24,000 nucleotides of DNA, taken from the NCBI GenBank assembly GCA_965212245.1, contig OZ243107.1, positions 2,881,659-2,905,658 of the forward strand, in the 5' to 3' direction. The notes beneath the pieces were generated by a model. It was given only the letters and a program-made list of their open reading frames with translations, did not search any database and was not told where the DNA came from. Positions 1-6,999 of the stretch are shown piece by piece. The position numbers were made by a program, and so were the translations under genes. Positions within the stretch are counted from its first letter, which is position 1; every line of letters begins with the position of its first letter. Source of the DNA: Owenweeksia sp. (lineage in GTDB: Bacteria > Bacteroidota > Bacteroidia > Flavobacteriales > Schleiferiaceae).

Positions 1-288
1 GTGTATGAGGAAACCGGAGCTACTGTTAAGTTAGGCCCTCTTCATATGGTATACAACCTTCCGCATGCCAACCAGGTATATCTTATTTTTTTGGCGGAAA
101 TGGAAGATTCACATTACCACCTTACCGAAGAAAGCACGGAAATTAAATTCTTTCATCCTGATGAAATTCCCTGGGATGACATTGCTTTCTCCAGTAATGC
201 TTATGCCCTGAAAAAGTACATTGAATTTGGGGAGGGTAATCCACACGCCACTTATATAGGAAGTTATTTTAAAGATAAGATCCGCTGA
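1..288 (+). CDS. NUDIX hydrolase, C-terminal part (5' end outside the window)
   Basis: The ORF is open to the window edge. The first residues, YEETGA, look like the end of a Nudix box (REx2EETG). The TGA stop at 286-288 overlaps the next ATG by 1 nt (TGATG). Confidence 0.65.
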   Translation: MYEETGATVKLGPLHMVYNLPHANQVYLIFLAEMEDSHYHLTEESTEIKFFHPDEIPWDDIAFSSNAYALKKYIEFGEGNPHATYIGSYFKDKIR

Positions 289-956
289 TGCAGAAGAAAA
301 ACCTGAGCCTGGTGCATGAAGTACTGGCTCCTCAACAGAGTAATGAGAAACCGCCATTATTGATAATGCTCCATGGCTTTGGGAGTAATGAACAGGATTT
401 ATTTTCCATGGCGCCTATGCTCAACCAAAAATTCCTAATAGTGAGTGCCCGTGCTCCGCATCAATTACCCTGGGGAGGTTTTGCCTGGTATGAGATTAAC
501 TTTGAACAACTCGGTGAGGGGAAAATGAGTAACATTCCCCAGGCTAAAGAAAGTGTGAAGCGCATTGAAACTTTTGTGAAGGAGGTGCAGGAGGCTTACG
601 GAGGTGATCCTGAAAACACCTGGTTAATGGGATTTAGCCAAGGCTGTATATTGAGTTATGCTGTAGCCATGCGCTCACCAATGAACTTTAAAGGTGTATT
701 GGCTTTAAGTGGTTATATTCTTAAAGAGATCACACCAGATCAGTTTAACCCCGCAGAACTTCAGGAGCTTGTTTTTTTTGTGAGCCATGGTATACAAGAT
801 GACGTATTACCCGTAGAATGGGCGCGGCAATCTGTTAAAATACTGGAAAAGCTCAATGTGGAACACCAGTACTGTGAATACCCTATGGGACATGGTGTTA
901 TTCCTGAGTGTTTTGAAGATATAAAGAAGTGGTTAAAAACCAGGCAGGTGCTTTAG
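288..956 (+). CDS. alpha/beta hydrolase, phospholipase/carboxylesterase family
   Basis: 222 aa. It has an LHGFGSNEQD oxyanion-region motif, a GFSQG nucleophile elbow, and a late D (HGIQDDV) and H (YPMGHGV) that fit a Ser-Asp-His triad. It is coupled to the upstream NUDIX gene. Confidence 0.8.
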   Translation: MQKKNLSLVHEVLAPQQSNEKPPLLIMLHGFGSNEQDLFSMAPMLNQKFLIVSARAPHQLPWGGFAWYEINFEQLGEGKMSNIPQAKESVKRIETFVKEVQEAYGGDPENTWLMGFSQGCILSYAVAMRSPMNFKGVLALSGYILKEITPDQFNPAELQELVFFVSHGIQDDVLPVEWARQSVKILEKLNVEHQYCEYPMGHGVIPECFEDIKKWLKTRQVL

Positions 957-961
957 TATGG

Positions 962-1651
962 CTATTTCCCGGTATGGGTTGAATCATTTTCGGTATCAGG
1001 AGTTCTTTTATCTATCAGGCCTGTGGTCACGTAAATTATATCTACCTGTTCTAATGGCTCATCACTCATTTCCATTTTAATCTCTAATATCTTGGTGCGC
1101 TTGTCAGGATCAAATTCAAGAGAGCTGAGTACCATTTTTTCATAACCTATATAGGTAACTTCAACTATAAGGTTACCCTTGTTTAATTGATCGCCATAGA
1201 GCCTGAGACTAAAATTACCCTCATGATCAGTAGTGGTGCCGTTAATCAGAGGCCCGTTCGGCTCCCGCACCAGTACATTTGCAAAGGGCAGGGTTTGACC
1301 TGTTTCTTTATCTGAAAGGGTACCATACAGGTTATAACTGCCCTTGAATATTTCGTTCTGAATGGTATCTGTAGCTTGTGCAAAAGATTGACCCGGAGTT
1401 ATTCCCAGTAAGGCCGCCAGCGAAAAAGCAGCCAATGTACCTGCGCCTAACTGGAACTTACCGGATATGGACCCGACCTGGTGTAAAGCAAAACGGCCGC
1501 ATTCAACTCCGGAAACATCGGGTTCGTCATCCTTAGTAAAATCCCGGATGTGTTTTTGACACATTTGGCAATGGCGTTCTTTTTCTCCGGTAGTCAGCAT
1601 CTGGTCCCATGAAACCGGGCAGGCATAACTTAAATGTACCTTTTTGCTCAT
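962..1651 (-). CDS. carboxypeptidase-regulatory-like (CarboxypepD_reg) domain protein with N-terminal Cys-cluster motif
   Basis: 229 aa. The N-terminus (CPVSWDQM...CQMCQKHIRDF) is typical of this Bacteroidota family. A hydrophobic segment follows, then a beta-sandwich-like segment (YGTLSDKETGQTLPFANVLV...TTTDHEGNFSL). Confidence 0.6.
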   Translation of the reverse strand: MSKKVHLSYACPVSWDQMLTTGEKERHCQMCQKHIRDFTKDDEPDVSGVECGRFALHQVGSISGKFQLGAGTLAAFSLAALLGITPGQSFAQATDTIQNEIFKGSYNLYGTLSDKETGQTLPFANVLVREPNGPLINGTTTDHEGNFSLRLYGDQLNKGNLIVEVTYIGYEKMVLSSLEFDPDKRTKILEIKMEMSDEPLEQVDIIYVTTGLIDKRTPDTENDSTHTGK

Positions 1652-1696
1652 ATGGATTAGATAAAGAAATGAAAAAAGGGTTGCCGGGAATTCTAA

Positions 1697-2500
1697 TTAT
1701 TTGTGAAAGTTTTCTATGGCTTTGCGCACACTGCCTTCTTTTTTAAGCAAAGCCTCAGCTTCGGCAGCATTGATCTTAAGTTCACTCATGATCATACGGG
1801 TGCCGCGTTCCACCAGTTTGGTATTGGTGAGTTGCATATCCACCATTTTATTATCCTTTACCCGGCCCAGTTGTATCATTACAGATGTAGAGATCATATT
1901 GAGCACCAGCTTTTGAGCAGTCCCGGCTTTCATGCGGGTGCTTCCCGTAACAAACTCCGGCCCCACTACTACCACTACGGGAAAATCAGAAACGCGGATT
2001 ACTTCAGCTTCATTATTACAGGTAATACAAGCCGTAATGATGCCTTTACGCCTGCAATCTTCCAGTCCTCCTATCACATAAGGAGTGCTGCCCGAAGCCG
2101 CAATACCAATCACCACATCGTTCTCAGCAATACCATGATCTTTAAGGTCTTTCCAGGCCTGTGTACGGTCGTCTTCAGCAAATTCTACTGCTTTGCGTAT
2201 AGCCACATCGCCACCGGCCATCAGTCCGGTTACCCAATTGGGGTTTGCGCCAAAAGTGGGTGGAAGCTCGGAGGCATCCAGAATACCTAAACGGCCACTG
2301 GTACCGGCCCCGATATAGAAGAGGCGTCCACCGTTTTTCATTTTGGAGACGATGCTTTCTACCAGCGCTTTAATGGCTGGTATCTGCTTTTCCACAGCTA
2401 CCGGAACTTTATGATCTTCTGCGTTGATATGACGCAACAGGTCTTCAACCGGCATTTTTTCAAGATTATGGTGCAGGCTGTCACTTTCCGTGGTTTTCAT
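1697..2500 (-). CDS. murQ: N-acetylmuramic acid 6-phosphate etherase
   Basis: 267 aa SIS-domain protein. It carries GRLFYIGAGTSGRLGILDASELPPTFG, GIAASGSTPYV and TGSTRMKAGTAQKLVLNM, which closely match the MurQ signature. Confidence 0.9.
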   Translation of the reverse strand: MKTTESDSLHHNLEKMPVEDLLRHINAEDHKVPVAVEKQIPAIKALVESIVSKMKNGGRLFYIGAGTSGRLGILDASELPPTFGANPNWVTGLMAGGDVAIRKAVEFAEDDRTQAWKDLKDHGIAENDVVIGIAASGSTPYVIGGLEDCRRKGIITACITCNNEAEVIRVSDFPVVVVVGPEFVTGSTRMKAGTAQKLVLNMISTSVMIQLGRVKDNKMVDMQLTNTKLVERGTRMIMSELKINAAEAEALLKKEGSVRKAIENFHK

Positions 2501-2502
2501 GC

Positions 2503-3675
2503 TTACGTATTTTTCCTGATAAGGGCCATAAAGAAACCATCGGTTTCAGCAGAAGGGTTTACCCGTTGTTGGTCTATCAATTCAAAATCAGAATGGGATT
2601 CCAGGAATTGTTCTACCTGCGTTTCATTCTCAGCACGTAGTATGGAACAGGTAGCATATATCATTAAGCCCCCGGTCTTCAGCATTTTAGAATAATCATT
2701 AATGATATCCCGTTGCATTCGCTGAACCCGCTCCAGATGTTCGGGTTGTAATTTCCATTTGGTATCCGGATTACGCTTGATCACCCCGGTGCCTGAGCAA
2801 GGGACATCCAGTAGTAAACGATCAGCAGCGCCCTGCAGGCGCTTGATCACTTTAGTAGAATCAATAAGCCGGGTCTCAATATTATGAGCGCCATTTCGTT
2901 TAGCCCGCTTCTTCAGTTCGTTGAGTTTCCAGCCTTCCACATCCATGGAAATGATGGAACCCTTGTTCTCCATCAGAGCTGCCAGGTGTAAAGATTTACC
3001 TCCGGCCCCGGCACAGGCATCAATTACCCGCATGCCGGGTTTTACCTGTAGGTAAGGCGCAATAAGCTGTGAGCCACCATCCTGAACTTCAAATAAACCT
3101 TTTTGGAAACTGGGGTTTCGGAAAGTATTCTGACGCTCTTCAATTATAAGACCTACTTCATTTTTACCAAAGGAATGGGTTTTTATGCCTTCTTCCTTCA
3201 ATACGCTTTTTAGTACATCACGATTGGTTTTCAAGGTATTGGCTCTAATGATCAGTTCAGCCGGACGGTTAAGTTCTGCGGCTAACTTAGGCCATTCTTT
3301 ACCCAATTCATTTTTGGCCAGCTCGTTAAACCATATAGGGAAGGACTGCTGTACACCAACGTCTTTAGGCAGATGAGCTTTAGCCCGTTCCACATCAAAA
3401 TCTTCCATGGCTTCCAGGCTCTTCCAGTCTTCTGGTAATTCATGCCCTTTACTAAGCCACCATATTCCGAAAAGGCGGTATAGCTCTCTGCGCTTAAGGC
3501 TGGGTTCTTTTCCATAAAGTTCCCAGAGATAGCGCCACCAGCGTACCATTTCATAGGTGGTTTCTGCAATAAAAGCACGGTCTCGGGCACCCCATTGCCG
3601 GTTGGATTTCAATAATCTTTCCAGCACTTTATCTACATAGTAGTTTTTGCCGAAGGAGGTTTCCAGCGCTTCCAT
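2503..3675 (-). CDS. RsmB/NOP2-family SAM-dependent RNA cytosine-C5 methyltransferase
   Basis: 390 aa. SAM motif I is DACAGAGGKS. The catalytic Cys motifs are DVPCSGTG and YATCS. There is a NusB-like N-terminal region. The stop lies 2 nt from the murQ start. Confidence 0.85.
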   Translation of the reverse strand: MEALETSFGKNYYVDKVLERLLKSNRQWGARDRAFIAETTYEMVRWWRYLWELYGKEPSLKRRELYRLFGIWWLSKGHELPEDWKSLEAMEDFDVERAKAHLPKDVGVQQSFPIWFNELAKNELGKEWPKLAAELNRPAELIIRANTLKTNRDVLKSVLKEEGIKTHSFGKNEVGLIIEERQNTFRNPSFQKGLFEVQDGGSQLIAPYLQVKPGMRVIDACAGAGGKSLHLAALMENKGSIISMDVEGWKLNELKKRAKRNGAHNIETRLIDSTKVIKRLQGAADRLLLDVPCSGTGVIKRNPDTKWKLQPEHLERVQRMQRDIINDYSKMLKTGGLMIYATCSILRAENETQVEQFLESHSDFELIDQQRVNPSAETDGFFMALIRKNT

Positions 3676-3742
3676 TACGGCAGCTACCAGGTTTTTATGG
3701 AGCCTCGGACTGGTTTTCTTTTGTGTTTTAATGGGAATATTT

Positions 3743-6157
3743 TTAATAAAGAGCCGGGTACTGTGCCGGTTCTGCTTCGTTCATAATAGAATAAACCGCC
3801 TCAAAAATGTCATCTACGGAAGGCTTACTGAAGTAATCACCATCTGTACCATAGGCCGGGCGGTGAGCTTTTGCAGTAAGGGTAGTGGGTTTGCTATCCA
3901 GGTATAGATAGCCGTTTTGTTCTTCCAGTACCTGTTGCAGTATAAATGCACTGGCTCCGCCAGGCACATCTTCATCCAACACCATCAGGCGGTTGGTTTT
4001 CTTTACACTTTCTACAATCTGATGATCTAAATCAAAAGGGAGCAGGGATTGAATATCAATTACCTCAATGGAAATACCGAAGTCCAGCAGTTTTTCTGCA
4101 GCTTCCATAGCCAGGCGGCAATTACTGCCGTAGGTAACCAGCGTAAGATCCGCTCCTTCGCGGATGGTTTCGGTTACACCCAGCGGAGTGCGCAGCTCAC
4201 TCAGGTTAGCCGGTAGCTTTTCCTTTAAGCGGTACCCGTTCAGGCATTCTATAATAAGAGCAGGATCATCAGAATCCAGCATAGTATTGTAAAAGCCGGC
4301 TGCCTTTGTCATATTACGGGGTACCAGTACGTGTATACCACGCACTGAATTGATAATAGTGCCCATTGGGGAACCGCTGTGCCAGATACCTTCCAGCCGG
4401 TGTCCGCGTGTACGGATAATTACCGGAGCTTTTTGTCCGCCCTTGGTGCGGTATTGAACCGTAGCGAGGTCATCACTCATGATCTGCAAAGCGTAGAGCA
4501 GGTAATCCAGGTATTGGATTTCAGCAATAGGGCGTAAGCCACGCATGGCCATACCAATACCTTGTCCTAAAATAGTAGCTTCACGGATACCGGTATCAAA
4601 TACACGATCTTCTCCATGTTTGTCCTGCAAACCTTCCAGCCCTTGGTTTACATCTCCAATCTTACCACTATCCTCGCCAAAGATGAGTACGTTGGAATGT
4701 TCGGCCAGAATACGATCAAAGTTTTCGCGTAAAATGATACGGGCATCCACATCCTCAGAGCTTTCATTGTAAGATGCATCTACACCTTCAATTTGTAAAG
4801 GACTTTGGCCAGATTGGCTGGTGAGAAAGTCGTTGTAACGATCTTTATTTTCAGAGGCTGAGTTTTGCAGCCACTCTTTAAGTGTTTCTTTTTGTGGAGC
4901 CTCTGATTGTGTAAGGTAACGTAGTGCTTCACGGGCTGCTGAAACAGCATCTTTGCGGAGTGGATCTATATCAGATCGTAAACCGGAGGCCAGTTTATTT
5001 AATCGATCAGGATTGGCAGAGGCACTGGCTAATTCTTCCAGTAAGCCGGCCACCTCATTAAGTTCTGCTTTAATAGGTTTCAGGAATTCCTGCCAGGCAT
5101 TGGCCTTAGCCGTACGGGCAATTTTTTTAGCGTCTTTTTCTATTTCATCCAGCTCCTCTTCGGTAAAGAGTTCATGTTGAATGATCCATTCACGCATTTT
5201 ACGAATGCAATCAAAATCCTGCTCCCAGTTGAGGCGTGCTTTATTTTTATAACGTTCATGAGACCCGGAAGTAGAGTGGCCTTGCGGTTGTGTAAGTTCA
5301 CGAACATGCACCATTACCGGAACATGTTCTTCACGCGCAATTTTTTCAGCTTTTTCATACGCCTCTATTAAAGCACGGTAATCCCAGCCCTTCACGCGGA
5401 TAATTTCAAAACCAGCCTGATCATCAGTACGCTGAAAGCCCTTTAATATCTCTGAGATGTTTTCTTTGGTGGTTTGATATTTACTGTGTACGGAAATACC
5501 ATAATCATCATCCCAAACAGAGATAACCATGGGTACTTGTAAAACACCTGCGGCATTAAAAGTTTCAAAAAACAGCCCTTCGCTGGTGGAGGCATTTCCA
5601 ATAGTTCCCCAGGCTATTTCATCTCCTTTTTTGGAAAACCGTGTCTGATCCTGCAGATCTTTATTGTTGCGGTACACCTTAGAGGCTTGTGCCAGTCCAA
5701 GTAGCCGGGGCATCTGGCCTGCGGTGGGAGATATATCAGCAGATGAATTTTTTTGTTCGGTAAGATCTTTCCAGTTGCCATTTTCATCCAGGCTGCGAGT
5801 GGCAAAGTGGCCATTCATCTGGCGTCCTGCAGAGGCCGGCTCGTTTTCAAGCCTGGTATCTGCATATAAGCTGGCAAAAAGCTGTTGGGTGGTTAATTCG
5901 CCAATAGCCATCATAAAAGTTTGGTCACGGTAATAACCGGAACGGAAATCTCCGTTTTTGAATACTTTGGCCCAGGCTATTTGGGCTACTTCCTTACCAT
6001 CGCCAAAAATTCCGAATTTGGCCTTTCCGGTAAGAACTTCCCTGCGGCCAATAAGGCTTGCCTCACGGCTTTCTATAGCCAGGGCATAATCTTGTTTTAC
6101 GTCCGCCTTAAATTCCTCTAAAGTCAGTTTTTCTTCCTGTGTGCTTGTCTCACTCAT
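3743..6157 (-). CDS. TPP-dependent 2-oxoacid dehydrogenase E1 component, fused alpha/beta subunits
   Basis: 804 aa. The N-terminal half resembles E1-alpha (SEGLFFETFNAAGVLQVPMV...YGIS). The C-terminal half resembles E1-beta/transketolase-like (FGEDSGKIGDVNQGL...DTGIREATILGQGIGMA...RGHRLEGIWHSGSP). Confidence 0.8.
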   Translation of the reverse strand: MSETSTQEEKLTLEEFKADVKQDYALAIESREASLIGRREVLTGKAKFGIFGDGKEVAQIAWAKVFKNGDFRSGYYRDQTFMMAIGELTTQQLFASLYADTRLENEPASAGRQMNGHFATRSLDENGNWKDLTEQKNSSADISPTAGQMPRLLGLAQASKVYRNNKDLQDQTRFSKKGDEIAWGTIGNASTSEGLFFETFNAAGVLQVPMVISVWDDDYGISVHSKYQTTKENISEILKGFQRTDDQAGFEIIRVKGWDYRALIEAYEKAEKIAREEHVPVMVHVRELTQPQGHSTSGSHERYKNKARLNWEQDFDCIRKMREWIIQHELFTEEELDEIEKDAKKIARTAKANAWQEFLKPIKAELNEVAGLLEELASASANPDRLNKLASGLRSDIDPLRKDAVSAAREALRYLTQSEAPQKETLKEWLQNSASENKDRYNDFLTSQSGQSPLQIEGVDASYNESSEDVDARIILRENFDRILAEHSNVLIFGEDSGKIGDVNQGLEGLQDKHGEDRVFDTGIREATILGQGIGMAMRGLRPIAEIQYLDYLLYALQIMSDDLATVQYRTKGGQKAPVIIRTRGHRLEGIWHSGSPMGTIINSVRGIHVLVPRNMTKAAGFYNTMLDSDDPALIIECLNGYRLKEKLPANLSELRTPLGVTETIREGADLTLVTYGSNCRLAMEAAEKLLDFGISIEVIDIQSLLPFDLDHQIVESVKKTNRLMVLDEDVPGGASAFILQQVLEEQNGYLYLDSKPTTLTAKAHRPAYGTDGDYFSKPSVDDIFEAVYSIMNEAEPAQYPALY

Positions 6158-6189
6158 AGTCTATAGGATAATGTAAAAAAGAAGATTTG

Positions 6190-6197
6190 CAAATGTA
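6190..6197 (-). promoter_or_regulatory. Bacteroidota sigma-A '-7' box (TACATTTG) for the E1 gene
   Basis: The minus strand reads TACATTTG, matching TAnnTTTG. Its 3' end is 32 nt upstream of the ATG at 6157. Confidence 0.5.
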
Positions 6198-6388
6198 GCC
6201 AAAAATTGACGGAGGCAGCTTGCAGTAAGACTTTGCTACCGTGAATGAAAATAAATAAGCCCTCAAAATTAAAGGAGCTGGCTATTAGGGTCTTATGTGT
6301 GTCACGATATTTTATACGCGGCTTATCAATCTGAAGGTGTAATAAGATTCGTACTTGAAGTATAACATTTTTAAAACACCTGAATAGT

Positions 6389-6943
6389 ATGAAATCAATT
6401 AAAAGAAATTTATTGGGAACCGCAGTGCTTGCACTTTTAATGACGAGTGGTCTGTTTGCTCAGAAAAACCCAATGGTAGGAGGAGCAGAAATGAGCCCTG
6501 AAAAAAATATAGTTGAAAATGCAGTTAATTCAAAAGATCACACCACTTTGGTAGCAGCGGTAAAAGCTGCTGGTTTGGTTGAAACGCTTAAAGGAGATGG
6601 GCCGTTTACCGTATTTGCTCCTACTAATGATGCGTTTGAAAAGTTACCGGAAGGAACGGTAAAAACTTTATTGAAGCCTGAAAATAAGGAGAAACTTAAA
6701 GCAGTATTGACATATCATGTGGTAGCCGGTAAATGGAGCGCTAAGGAAGTAATGGCCGCCATTAAAAAAGGTAAAGGCGAAGCCGTAGTGAAAACGGTTC
6801 AGGGTGAAGAACTGACACTTATGACCAAAGGCGATAAGGTAATGATTAAAGATGCTCAGGGTAATGTGGCCACTGTTACTATTGCAGATGTTATGCAAAG
6901 CAATGGTGTTATTCACGTAATTGACACGGTCCTTTTGCCCTGA
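6389..6943 (+). CDS. fasciclin (FAS1) domain protein, secreted
   Basis: 184 aa. It has an N-terminal signal peptide (LLGTAVLALLMTSGLFAQ) and the FAS1 motifs FTVFAPTNDAF and NGVIHVIDTVLLP. Confidence 0.9.
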   Translation: MKSIKRNLLGTAVLALLMTSGLFAQKNPMVGGAEMSPEKNIVENAVNSKDHTTLVAAVKAAGLVETLKGDGPFTVFAPTNDAFEKLPEGTVKTLLKPENKEKLKAVLTYHVVAGKWSAKEVMAAIKKGKGEAVVKTVQGEELTLMTKGDKVMIKDAQGNVATVTIADVMQSNGVIHVIDTVLLP

Positions 6944-6966
6944 TTTATCAGGCATAACAAGGAAAG

Positions 6967-6996
6967 AAAAGCGCGGCCCCTGGCTGCGCTTTTTTA
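6967..6996. terminator. bidirectional rho-independent terminator between convergent genes
   Basis: The stem is GCGCGGCC (6971-6978) with GGCTGCGC (6982-6989), 8 bp with one G-U pair and a 3-nt loop. An A-run lies 5' and a T-run 3', so it can terminate both strands. Confidence 0.8.
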
Positions 6997-6999
6997 TTT

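Noticed and set aside
950-965. Convergent esterase and CarboxypepD_reg-like genes with stop codons only 5 bp apart and no terminator
   Set aside because: This is real in the sequence but common in compact genomes. Transcripts presumably terminate inside the opposite gene. It is not evidence of anything unusual on its own.
1703-2290. 195-aa plus-strand ORF (and the 66-aa ORF at 1716-1916) opposite murQ
   Set aside because: It is fully antisense to a confidently identified MurQ gene. The translation is low-complexity and rich in His, Ser and Phe, with no recognisable motif. This is a typical shadow ORF.
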